A stretch of DNA of 64,000 nucleotides from Gracilinanus agilis (taxonomy: Eukaryota): assembly GCF_016433145.1 (NCBI RefSeq), contig NC_058131.1:352830706-352894705 (forward strand), given 5' to 3'. The notes beneath the pieces were generated by a model. It was not told where the DNA came from. It did not search any database and saw only the letters and a list, made by a program, of their open reading frames with translations. Below, one piece after another: positions 10,201 to 20,600 of the stretch. Made by a program: the position numbers and the translations under genes. Each line of letters opens with the position of its first letter. Positions within the stretch are counted from its first letter, which is position 1.

Positions 10201-13200
10201 CCTGCTTCTTTCACTACCAGTTTTAACTCAGTACCAGCATGAAGGCTCAGGTAATCAGGTACTTTATTTACTGGTTCTCAGTACAGACTGAGGTAGGAAG
10301 CACTGGAACAGAACATACTACTAGATAAGCTCTGGGAGGAGAGAAAGGGTCATTGAGTCCTGGAGGAAGAAAGAAGTCTTTGGAATTTTCTTCAGAAGAG
10401 TAAGAACTTGAAGGACAAAGATGTTTTGGGGATAGAGAGTGGCATGGGAGGGCATGCTTAAGTCCCTGAAAACTGCCTCATGATGACCTCTGAAGCTTTT
10501 AGGCTTTTATTGATGGTAATTGCTAATGGTTCAGTGGATAGAGCATTGAGCCTGGGGTCAGGATGACCCGAGTTCAAATTCAGCCTCAGCCACTTAAAAA
10601 GCTGTATGATCCTGGGCAAGTTACTTAATATCTATTTACCTAACTCCACTAGAGAAGGAAATGTTAAACCTCTCCGGTATCTTTGACAAGAAAACTCCAT
10701 AATGTGGGTCATGAAGAGTCGGACATAATTGACTGAGTGACTGGTTGACTGAATAACAACAACACAAGAGGCATTCAAGTATTAAGAACAGAATGTGAAG
10801 AAAGAAAAAGCAAGTCTTAACAATGGACTAGGCTAGAATTACAGAGCTAGAGGGCACCTAAGAAATCACTCTCTTCACAGAGAAAAACAAACTGTGGCCC
10901 ATAAAGGACAAGTGACTTGGCCAAGAACATACAGCTAATTAGTGTCAGGGCCGAGCTCCAGAGGCTTTGATTGCCTACACAATGCCTTTTCTATTATATA
11001 GTGCTGCCTCTCATGCATGAGGTAATTGGGTAAAGAAAAGTCAGACATGATGAGAAGGTTAGTTGATCAAAACAAACTATGAATTGCTTGTCACAAGACA
11101 TTAAAAAAGTCAAGAATAAAGAAAGAAAAGTAAAAAATAAACTGAATTTCTTTCATGGGGAAAGGAGAAGATGGAAAAGGTGAAAGGAGGCCAGAAGCAG
11201 AGAGGCAGCTAGTTAACTCAGCTAATAGAGAACCAAGTCTGGAAATGGTAAGTCCTGGGTTCAAATCTGGCCTCAGATATTTCCTAGCTGTGTGATTCTA
11301 GGCAAGTCAACTTAATCCCCATTTACTGCTCTTCTATCTGAGAACCAATACTTCTTATCAATTCTTTTTTTAAAAACCCTTTCCTTCTGTCTCAGAAAGG
11401 CAGAAGAGTAGTAAGGACAAGGAAATGGGGTTAATTGACTTGCCCAGGGTTACCAGGGTTATAAAGCTAAGAAGGGTCACTTAGTATCAATTCTAAGACA
11501 GAAGGTAAGAGTTTTAAAAAAAAAAAAAAAGGTGAATGGGAAGGGAGAACTGGAAGGAAGTATCTAAGGAAACAATCAACTATAGACTTCATCATATATA
11601 GACCAAATATGTAGTATAACACTCACTGTAAAAACAGCATGGGGGACAGCTGGGTAGCTCAGTGGATTGAGAGCCAGACCTAGAGACAGGAGGTCCTGGG
11701 TTCAAATCAGGCCTCTGACACTTCCTAGCTGTGTGACCTTGGGCAAGTTACTTGACCCCCATTGCCTTGGCTTTACCACTCTTCTGTCTTGGAACCAATA
11801 CATAGTATCGATTCTAAGATGGAAAGTAAGGGTTAAAAAACAAACAAACAGCATGATGTGGAATAGGGTGAGGAAAAGAACATGTATCCTCCATATGAAT
11901 ATTCCACAAGGGATGTGTCTCACCCCTCTACTCTTCCTCTACCTTTGCCCATCATCATCATCACTAGCAGGTTCAAAAATCTAGCCCTTATTTCTCAATT
12001 AAACTCCATTCCTACATCATCAAACCCATACTGGCCAGATCTATCTAGATGTACTATAGGCACCTCAGATTCCCACTCTACTAAAAAGGAAGCACCACCT
12101 ATCTTGACAGTCATGCTCACTTCTCTACTATCCTGTACCTAAAGCCATAGTACTAATTCATGTTGCTTCTACACTTGTGGTATCCATTCCTCTGCCTTAC
12201 ACTGACAAGGTCATCACTTCCAAATCAGGTACTCAAAACCTTTTGCCTGGATTACTACAACAGATTCCTAATGAGTTTCTTTGCCTATAGTTTCTTCTTT
12301 TTTCAAACCATCCCTCCATATAGCTACCAAACTGATATTCCTAAAGCACATGTCACTTCTTTGTTCAAAAAGCTTCATTAGTGATTCTAGGATAAAATAC
12401 AAATGCCTTTGATATTTTAGAGCCTTCATATTCTGGCCCTAAACTAACATTTTACACAGATATATCATCCCACCTTCCCATACCTATAAAATCTATATTA
12501 TAGCCACAATGGCCTCCCTGCTGCTTGCCATAGATGATATGTCATCTCCTTCCTCCATTCCTTTGCACAGGCTAGTTGCTATTCTTGGAATGCTCTCCCT
12601 TCTCAATTCCATCTCTCAGAATTCTCAGGTCCCTTCCTGAATGAGTTCAGGTGTTACTTCCAAAACATCACCTTTCCTTTTCTTATTAGTGTTCTCCCCA
12701 TTACTTCCCAATTTTCTTAGTATGTATTTTGTATTTATCTGCATAAATGTTGTTTTTCCCATAGATGGTAAGAAGGAATTATTTTATTTTTATCTTCACC
12801 ATATTCCTAATACCTGCCGTGTAGTAGGTGCTTGATACATTTGAGTCTCTAGGTGAGGAAAGAGGTTCCCTCCTTAAGTAACACCATCTCTGAAGTAGAA
12901 AGTGTGGGAAACAAACTGGATCAAAGGGAGATGACCTTAAGCAAGCCGCTTAGCCTTCTACTCTGCAGTGAAATTAGACTGGCTGATCTATCTAAAACTC
13001 CTTTACAGTTCTGATATTCTATAATCTAACTTTTTTTGTGACTACATAAAAGCTTCATGCAGGGAAACTATTATAAATGTTCTCCAGAGGAAACTTGGAT
13101 GTGAAAAGGATGAATAAATAGTGACTGAGGGCATGGGGAGATAGTGACTGCAGGGCAGGTATGGTTGTTTGAACTCAGTGGAGAAAAGATAGAAGATAAA

Positions 13201-14314
13201 GCAAAGGGAGGAAACTGGGCAGGTAGCCAAAGTTCCAGTATGGAGATCAAAGGCTTAGAAAGAATCATCTCCTCTCTAAGTGGGGCCTCAGTCCAATGCT
13301 GTTAGCCCACAAAGTTCTCATTTCCCTCTAGTTTCCTCAAAGCTGCACTCATGAGTGTTCATTTTGAGGCATCCTGAGAAGGAAACCTTCAGAAATATGA
13401 CCACATGGAATCAAGATGTGATATCAGTATTATAAAAGTATAGCCAGCCAGGTCTTCATTATCACAAACTAATTTATTCCCACATTTGGCTCCCTGTTCT
13501 TAAGCAACGCCACCCTAACAAGCCTTCACCCATTTTCCTGAGTCTTCCTAAGGAATTTCAAACTCTGTACAAACTCCCCCTAATTGGAGAACTCTTTTGT
13601 GAGCGACGCCCCTTTGGCGATCCAGAAAAGGGGAAATGGAAGAGAATACACTCCCTAAATCCACAGAATTTGCCCAAAAGAAAAAAACACTTGCTCCCTG
13701 TCCATAAGCAGGTGCTGAAAATTACCTGGTGGTTCCAGATAGACCCCTCTTTGCTAGGTTCATCGGGAGTCAGGCGGATGTACTGGCTGGTAAGCATGGT
13801 GCTGCCTTGGAAATCCCAGAGGGGCATGGAGCTGGATCCAACCCCTACGAAATCAACAGAGAGTGGGCTGAGATACCAATTCAGGGGAATCCGAGAGTGG
13901 GGAAGGAAGGAGTGACGGAGAAAAGTCCTAGAGAGGAGCCAGGCCAGGAAAGGGCAGTCCATGGGAACTTTTTCAGCAATACGGGGCCCCAGTCTCATCC
14001 CCCTCCAACACGCCCCAGAGGCCGATCCCGCAGCCCTAGGGTGCTCGGCCTCCCCGCCTCGAGTCACGCCCCCGTACCCTCCCCCTTCGCTCACCCTGGT
14101 AGGGTTTAATCAGCGAATGCTCGCGCTTCAGGTGCTCATTGTTGCCGTTGGTGATGTCAGAGGCCGCGGGTTGGGGAGCGGGTGAGAGAAGTAAGAGCAG
14201 AATCAACAGGAGGACTGAGGGGAAAGGGCTCAAGCTCCCCGCCATCCGCGAGCTCTGGCATCCCCAACGCCAGCCCCAAACTGTACAGAGCCTGGCTGCT
14301 GCTCCAGCCGCCAT
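4088..14314 (-). CDS. LMAN2: LMAN2 (VIP36, L-type lectin cargo receptor), complete 8-exon gene, 1095 nt CDS, 364 aa
   Basis: All eight exons join in phase via GT-AG. Shows signal peptide, EHLKREHSLIKPY, HGDG, DTYPND, GYYFGASAGTGDL, TM helix and C-terminal KRFY. Confidence 0.98.
5096..5215 (-). CDS. LMAN2: LMAN2 exon 7 (120 nt)
   Basis: DNHDIISMKLFQLMVEHTPEEDNIDWTKIEPSVSFLKSPK; ctgtag acceptor, GTGCAT donor. Confidence 0.97.
6389..6590 (-). mobile_element. SINE1_Mdo-type SINE
   Basis: Poly-T, then the reverse SINE1 body (ggttaagtgacttgcccagg...atttgaacccagg). Confidence 0.8.
6898..7012 (-). CDS. LMAN2: LMAN2 exon 6 (115 nt)
   Basis: VMTDVEDKNEWKNCIDISGVQLPTGYYFGASAGTGDLS; GTGAGA donor. Confidence 0.97.
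7156..7317 (-). CDS. LMAN2: LMAN2 exon 5 (162 nt)
   Basis: RVFPYISVMVNNGSLKYDHSKDGRWTELAGCTADFRNQNHDTFLAVRYSRGRLT; GTGAGC donor. Confidence 0.97.
7768..7847 (-). CDS. LMAN2: LMAN2 exon 4 (80 nt)
   Basis: GPVFGSKDNFHGLAIFLDTYPNDESTE; ctctag acceptor, GTGGGA donor. Confidence 0.97.
8186..8303 (-). CDS. LMAN2: LMAN2 exon 3 (118 nt)
   Basis: PCFLKDWEMHVHFKVHGIGKKSLHGDGFALWYTRDRLMP; accag acceptor, GTGGGT donor. Confidence 0.97.
8596..8795 (+). mobile_element. SINE1-type SINE with a variant 3' end and an 18-bp TSD
   Basis: TSD AAAATATGATGGGTTACA at 8578-8595 and 8796-8813; tRNA-like A and B boxes. Confidence 0.92.
9490..9830 (+). mobile_element. L1 3'-end fragment
   Basis: gaatggctaaacaaatggtggtatataaatgcgatggaatattattgtgc resembles the L1 ORF2 C-terminus (WLNKLWY..MEYYCA). 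Confidence 0.75.
10520..10763 (+). mobile_element. MAR1 (CORE-SINE with RTE-derived tail)
   Basis: tRNA head, core, gagaaggaaatg...ctccggtatctttgacaagaaaac, (CAA)n end. Confidence 0.8.
11202..11530 (+). mobile_element. SINE1 interrupted by an antisense SINE1 fragment (11366-11484)
   Basis: Inner TSD TATCAATTCT at 11356-11365 and 11485-11494; the outer element resumes to poly-A. Confidence 0.8.
11642..11845 (+). mobile_element. SINE1_Mdo-type SINE
   Basis: Full body, flanked by AAACAGCATG duplicates. Confidence 0.9.
12420..12850 (+). mobile_element. L2 3' end
   Basis: Pyrimidine-rich body ending gtagtaggtgcttgatacatttg. Confidence 0.65.
13726..13844 (-). CDS. LMAN2: LMAN2 exon 2 (119 nt)
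   Basis: tcgtag acceptor; GVGSSSMPLWDFQGSTMLTSQYIRLTPDEPSKEGSIWNHQ; donor GTAATT. Confidence 0.97.
14095..14314 (-). CDS. LMAN2: LMAN2 exon 1 coding part (220 nt)
   Basis: aggATGG start; MAAGAAAR...DITNGNNEHLKREHSLIKPYQ G; donor GTGAGC at 14094. Confidence 0.93.
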
Positions 14315-14332
14315 CCTCCTCGCCTCGCCCCA

Positions 14333-14391
14333 ACTTCCGTCTGCTTTACTTCCGCCTTCCGGGAGCATTCTCAAATGACTTCCGACCGGAA
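14333..14391. promoter_or_regulatory. Cluster of five ETS/GABP cores upstream of the LMAN2 ATG
   Basis: ACTTCCG at 14333, 14348 and 14378; CTTCCGG at 14356; CCGGAA at 14386. Confidence 0.65.
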
Positions 14392-14567
14392 ACAAAAGGA
14401 AAGAGGTGTTGGTGGAAAATAGAATAGACGGGATCCGCAGCTACAGGCCAATAATCTGGCCGGCTGAATTTCTTTGTATCTAGTTTCCTTCTGTTCCCAA
14501 AGAAGTCTAGAAATCTGGCCTTCCAGGCTTTTTGAGTGGGGTTGGGGGAGGAACCTCTACAAGCCTT

Positions 14568-14576
14568 AGCCAATCA
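14568..14576 (+). promoter_or_regulatory. NF-Y CCAAT box
   Basis: AGCCAATCA; a second CCAAT lies at 14448-14452. Confidence 0.45.
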
Positions 14577-14920
14577 TGGATGAGCACGTTTGGGGCTGAA
14601 TTCAATAAAGAAGCAGGAGTATCTACAGAATCCCTGGTGCCTTAGGTTCCGGACTACACAGGACTTTCGCTCCCAGACAGAGCGCTGAGTGGGGCATTTT
14701 GGATCTTGTAGCCCGAGTGAACGGCGTTCTCCAGGGGAGTAGCAAGAGGAAGACGATATCATCCCCTCCAATTGACTTAAGGCTCCGACGAGCCTCAATC
14801 TGCCCTTTCGGTTTCGAGTGCTAAATAGGGCCGCTTCTCTGAGTTGGGTAGCATTGGGAAGTAGTCAATCAAACGAAGTCCACGGCTTTAGTCCCACCTC
14901 CGGGCTCCAGCCCCGCCCCG

Positions 14921-15120
14921 GCCCAACCTCTATGCTTCAGGTCCGCCCCTATCTTCACCTCGGTGTTTTGGCTCCCTTGGCCCCTCCTCTATTCCCACCC
15001 CCGTACTTTGGTTTCCTTAGCACCGCCTCTAGCTCCACCTCCGTGCCTTGGTTCTCTCAGCCCAGCTTCTAGCTCCACCCCTGTGCTGTAGCTCCCTTAG
15101 CTCCGCCCCAGCTCCAACCC
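14921..15120. repeat. Degenerate 40-bp minisatellite (4 clear units plus 1 partial) rich in GC-box-like motifs
   Basis: Gap-free period of 40 at 14961, 15001, 15041 and 15081; approximate consensus ccgtgctttggttcccttagctccgcccctagctccaccy. Confidence 0.8.
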
Positions 15121-15494
15121 CGCCCTGACCCCGCCTTCCCTGCGCTTTAGCCCCGCCCTGTCCCCGCCCCATAGCCTTCCTCCAGCTCCACCTCCTCCAA
15201 TTCCACAATCATCAGCTCCGCCCTAGCCCCCTCCCCTACGTCATTCCCAAACTCATCCCTCACCCTCCTACTCAGTGACCCCCTAATGAACCTTTGGGTA
15301 TGCCACTATTCAATTTCTCACAGTCCACTCGGTACCTCCAACATCCCTTGATCATTCCCGCATTTAGTAGTTGCTTTTGCCGGTTCCTTAATGCAGTATG
15401 TTTGTGGAAGCTGGGCTAATGACTGGCAAAGAGAAGGCAGAAAAGCGAATTAGTGCATTAAAAATTTTTGTAGAGCCAAGGAAAGAGAAGGAAA

Positions 15495-16170
15495 GTGGGT
15501 GCCCACATAAGCTGGAGAATGTCTGAACAAATGTATGCGAATGTAATGGAATATATTGCATTGTAGGTCAATCAATAAACATTTATTAAGTACCTACTGT
15601 GTACCGTTCCAGACATTATATTAAGACCTGGGGATACAAAAAGAGGCAAAGTACAATGTCTTCTCTCAAGTTGTTCATAATCTAATAGAAGAGAAAACAG
15701 GCAAATGATTATGTGCAGTCAAGAGGACTGAAGAGAAAAGAGAGAAGGTGGACAACAATATCAAAAGCTGCAGAGAGGTGGAATGGAATGAGGATTGAGA
15801 TGATGAATATGAAGAATTCAGAGAAACTTGAATAGATTTGTATAAGCTAATAAAAAACTGAATAGAAGCAGTAGAATTTGCATGATAATCATAATAGTGT
15901 TAAGGAAAGCAACTTTTGAAAGACTTCAGACTTTCAAAGAAAGATCAGAGTGATCAATGTAGTGACTAATCGTGGCTTTCAAGGACAGAAAGAATTGCTT
16001 CTCAGCAGAGAGGTGATAGACTATAGGGTCAGACTGAGGCATACATTTTCAGAAATAGCCAACAGGTTGGTTTTGTTTAACAGTAATTCTTTGTTATAAA
16101 GGAGGCTGGGGGTGGGGTACAGTAAGTTATTGGGAAGTGACAGTGATGTTGAAAAGGGCATCCACAAAAT
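15495..16170 (+). mobile_element. Old L1 3' fragment with an antisense L2 tail inserted
   Basis: aatgtaatggaatatattgc (L1) followed by caatcaataaacatttattaagtacctactgtg (reverse L2 end). Confidence 0.6.
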
Positions 16171-16889
16171 ATTTTTAAAGGAGGAATGAGGCTGCTTAGT
16201 GGGTCCAATACAATATAAATGATAAAAATTAGGATCTTATTGTGTGAGCATCATGCTGGGTGATGGAGAAGATTTAAAACTTAAAGACCCAAGCCCTATT
16301 GTCAAGGAGCTTATATTGTTTACAGCTTACAATTTGTAGTAGTGTATGAGGGTATAAGATCACAACACAGATGCTTATAATATTCAATGTATCATGATAA
16401 TTTAATAATAGCTATCAAAACACTTTATAAATATGATTGCATTAGAGCCTCTCAATACCCAAGCAGACAGAGGTTAAATGACTTGCCTAGAGTCATACAG
16501 GTAATAAATGTCTGAGGCTGGATTTGAACTGGACTGCAGTTCCAGCCTCTATCCACTTCACCACCTAGCTACCTCTTCATTGCATTAGAGAATTATCAAA
16601 CAAAATAGTTGATGTAGCCTTCAAGAGAAGGTCATTACTGACTGGGAGAATCAGGGAAGGCTGCTTGAATTAGGAGATAGCATTTGAATTCAACCTTAAA
16701 GGATAAGTAAGAATTCAATAGATAAAGAACAGGAGAAAGGACCTTTCAGATATAATGAACAATTTCAGCAAAGACATAAAAATATGAGAGATTAAGGTAT
16801 ATTCAGAGGCAAAGGATTATCTAGTTTCGCTAAAATATGGAATGCATACAGTAGAGAAATATAAAATGGGTTAGAAAGGTGAAGTAAGG

Positions 16890-17055
16890 GAAGCTAGGTA
16901 GCACAGTGGAAAGAGCAACAGGCCTGGAGTTGGGAGGATCTGGGGTTAAATCTGGCCTCAAATATTTCCCAGATGTGGGACCCTGGGCAAGTCATTTAGC
17001 CCAAATTACTTAGCCCTTAGTTTTCTTCTGCATTGGACTTAGTATCATTTTACAA
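16890..17055 (+). mobile_element. SINE1-type SINE running into the gap
   Basis: gctaggtagcacagtgg...ccctgggcaagtcattt. Confidence 0.7.
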
Positions 17056-17288
17056 NNNNNNNNNNNNNNNNNNNNNNNNNNNNNNNNNNNNNNNNNNNNN
17101 NNNNNNNNNNNNNNNNNNNNNNNNNNNNNNNNNNNNNNNNNNNNNNNNNNNNNNNNNNNNNNNNNNNNNNNNNNNNNNNNNNNNNNNNNNNNNNNNNNNN
17201 NNNNNNNNNNNNNNNNNNNNNNNNNNNNNNNNNNNNNNNNNNNNNNNNNNNNNNNNNNNNNNNNNNNNNNNNNNNNNNNNNNNNNNNN
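17056..17288. other. Assembly gap (233 N)
   Basis: Run of N. Confidence 1.
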
Positions 17289-19051
17289 TACAGTGATCCT
17301 TAAATACCAATGAGAATAATTTGAAACAACTCAGTAAATCACTGAAGATTTTTTTATACTAAGGAGTAACAAGATCAAAACTATACCTAAGAAAGGTTAT
17401 TTTGTAAGTATTATGAAATCTATATTTGGAGGCATGGAAGAGCGTGAAGAGGGGCAGGCCTAGAAGGAAACTATTACATTAGTTTTAAGTGAATAGAAAT
17501 GAGGGTTCATACCAGGATCCTGGCATCTGGATCAGAGGAAGGAGACAGATTTAAAAGAGGTTGCAGAGTAAAACCAATAGGACTTGGTAACTGATTGCAT
17601 GCATAAAAAATGAATTGGGGAAAGTAAAAGATAACCACAGGTTATGAATAGGGGAGATTGGGTAAGTGGTGGTACCACAGACAAATAGAAAAGTCAGAAG
17701 GAGGAGCAAGTTTGGAGGGATAGAAAAGGTGGTCTGTTTTGAACTATAGGTGGCATGTCCAAGTTCAGCTGTCCTGAAGGCAGTGGAGACTAACTAAGAA
17801 CTTAACAGAAGACTGGAAATGAGTATTTAGCAATCACTGGCATGGAGGTCATGGGTTATAATGCTGTGGGTGGGAGTGAAATTTCTGAGGAAGGGAATGT
17901 AAAGTCAGTGAGTCAGCCCACAAGCATTTTTTAAATCCCCAAGTAACTGCGCTAACCACTGGGGATAGGGAAGAGAAGAGGACCAAGGACAGATCCTTGT
18001 GGAACATACACTTTGAGGGATAAGGAAAAAAATGATGAGTGAGGCAAGAGAAACTGAAGACTTCTTTAGAGAAATAGAACTGGGTAAGTGTGGTGAAGTC
18101 AGAGGAAAGCATATTCAGAAGGTCTCGAGATGGTCCACAGTGTCAGAAACTGCAGAAAGTTCCAAGAAGAAGAGAAAACAAAAAAATTTAAGGCATCTGA
18201 TTTAGCCATTGGGAAGTTATTTATGACTTTCTAGAGAGCTGTTTTGGGAGAGCTGGAAAAGATGGCAAAAAACTGACAGAGTGAGTCAGGAGGAAGTAGA
18301 GAGACATTGTGTGTGAAAGACTTTTTTGTCAGCTAGTTTGCGGGTAAAGGGGAAGAGAAAGAGGATGGGGTAGAATGATGGATGATGGATGGTTTAGAAT
18401 GGTTAGTGGAAGGCATTGTTGGACTTGGAGGACCTAAGCATGTTTACCTGAAGGTAGATAAGAATGAGTTGGTGGTGAGAGCTTAAATATGCATAAGAGA
18501 AATGGGTTGACTTCTACAGTGAGATCCCAAAGGGGATCAGGGTCCCAGGGAGAGGGACTGTCCCCAGGAAACTCTAATGTCTCTTCTCTGGTGCTTTGCT
18601 GGGAGGATGAACAAAAGAGTGATAGCATGGAGAAGGCTTGAGGATCGAATGTAGGAAGTTGAGGGAATTAATTTGGCAGATCTCAGCCTTCTCAGTGAAG
18701 CAGAATCCTAGGTTATTTGCTTCAGATATGGGGGTTGTGGGTATAGTTGGTGAGGCAGGAAGGAAAGAGAGATTTGGGATAGCTCTTGTGGGGAATGAGA
18801 TAAAGGAGCTGATTTTAAAAGGTTGGGGGAAGTGGTTGGGTAAAAGCCCTATGGCCAAATAACTTAATGAATAAGGAGCTGACCCTGGCCTACCTCTGAC
18901 ATATCCTGGCTTTATGACTCTGGGCAAGTTACTTAACCTCACTTCTGCTCTAGGCAACTCTCTAAGGTTAGAGGTGACAGAAAAAAGGTGCTGCCTTGCC
19001 TTATTAGTAAAAGTTTCCTCCTCTGGGAATTCCTCATTTCAATGATATAAC

Positions 19052-19290
19052 GTGTTGTTGTGCAGTCATGCCCAATTCTCCATCACCCCATTTGGGTTTT
19101 TCTTGGCAAAGATACTGGAGTGGTTTGCCCTTTCCTTGTCCGACTCACTTTACAGATAAGAAAACTGAGGCAAGCAGGGTTATGTGATCTGCCCAGGGTT
19201 GTATGACTAGGAAGTGTCTGAGGCCAGATCTGAATTCGGTCTTCCTGACTCCAGGTCTGATGATCTGTCCACTTCACCACCTAGCTGCCC
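19052..19290 (-). mobile_element. MAR1
   Basis: ttggcaaagatactggagtggtttgcc...aaactgaggc...ccacctagctgcccc. Confidence 0.87.
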
Positions 19291-20192
19291 CAATCCTCCC
19301 AGGCTAGAGGAGAAGACAGGCTCAGCTATTTTGAGGGCCTTGCAGCAGCATTCTCCTAATGGCATAGATTTTCCAGTAATGGAGGAAAAAGGCTACTTTG
19401 TTTGCCAAGGCTATGGAAGGGGCCAGAGGAAAAGGAAATAGCAAGTCTACTCAGGGCCAGGTGACTCCCCTGCTGGCTGGCTATCTCCCATAGACTCCTG
19501 GCAGGTTTTGGTCCCCCTTGGAAAGGCAGGAGGCCTGGGGACTGAGAAGAATGTTGTTTTCTGGCTGTGATACGGGTCAAAGGCCAGGAAGCTTCTGTGC
19601 AGGGAAAGGAGAGGCTAGGAGCTGAGAACCTGGTCCAGGCTTCCTGGATTGGGCAGTTTTATCCTCTGGAACAAAATGTCCATTTGTGTTATAAGTTTTT
19701 TTCTCGGAGTGCAAATGTGTATATGTCTGCATGGCACCATGTGCCACTGTTTGTGTGTGCATGTGCCCAAGTATGCATGGACTACAGTGGAGAGAGTCTT
19801 AGAACATCTGGGTTCAAATTCCAGATTATTCCGTCACTTCCTAAGTGACTTTGAAGGAGTCCCTTGACCTGTGTGGGCCTCTGTTTCATTAGAATCTGAG
19901 AGGGTTGGGCTGGGCACCCTTTAAGAACCCATGAAGTATCCAAGAAACTCTGTGTGTCTGTCCCCGCCTGGGATGTGTATGCTTGTGTGTACACATACGC
20001 ATCCATCCAGAGGGGCTCCCGAAGGCGGATGTGTGCATTTAGGAGCTGGGGAAGGTCACTGGGTGTGGGAAGGGCAGGGAGTTTTCCCTGCCTCTGGTAA
20101 GGATTGGGTTTAGTAGAAGTTGCTAAATGTGTCCGTGTGTGGGAAGGGGGAGTAGGGCTTGACTGAGTGTGTGCCCATGAACACAGAAGGGG

Positions 20193-20333
20193 NNNNNNNN
20201 NNNNNNNNNNNNNNNNNNNNNNNNNNNNNNNNNNNNNNNNNNNNNNNNNNNNNNNNNNNNNNNNNNNNNNNNNNNNNNNNNNNNNNNNNNNNNNNNNNNN
20301 NNNNNNNNNNNNNNNNNNNNNNNNNNNNNNNNN
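20193..20333. other. Assembly gap (141 N) in the RGS14 promoter region
   Basis: Run of N. Confidence 1.
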
Positions 20334-20419
20334 TCTTCAGAGCCTACTTCTTTCTGTGGTTTTCGTCTCCATAGATACACTTCCTGTGGCAAAGAAAAGA
20401 GGTAGTGAGCGCTGTGTTT

Positions 20420-20600
20420 CAGGATGTGAGGGATTCGGAACAGAGCCGCCCCGTGCCTGCCGTGCTCCCCCTTTTGGCTGTGCCAGCTACCCCTCCCGGG
20501 ACCCATGGTCTCTGCCCTCCTCGACGGGGCCCTGTGACAAGAGGGATGCCAGGAAAAGCCAAGCACCTGGGCGTCCCCAACGGGCGCATGGTGAGTGACC
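20420..20600. promoter_or_regulatory. Small CpG-enriched RGS14 5' UTR/promoter segment
   Basis: Local CpG cluster before the ATG; upstream sequence is hidden by the N gap. Confidence 0.55.
20546..20590 (+). CDS. RGS14: RGS14 exon 1 coding part (45 nt)
   Basis: [15 protein letters not shown]; donor GTGAGT. Confidence 0.95.

Larger units (their letters stand above)
13950..14480. promoter_or_regulatory. CpG island / promoter of LMAN2
   Basis: CpG-rich stretch over exon 1 and intron 1. Confidence 0.8.
16200..18870 (-). mobile_element. Degraded antisense L2 fragments between LMAN2 and RGS14
   Basis: Purine-rich reverse L2 motifs; boundaries approximate. Confidence 0.55.

Noticed and set aside
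13558-14094. 178-aa minus-strand ORF
   Set aside because: LMAN2 intron 1 (250 nt, not 3n) read into exon 2; not an independent gene.
17033-17310. X-filled ORFs here and at 20123-20650 and 45655-45890
   Set aside because: Artefacts of reading through N gaps.
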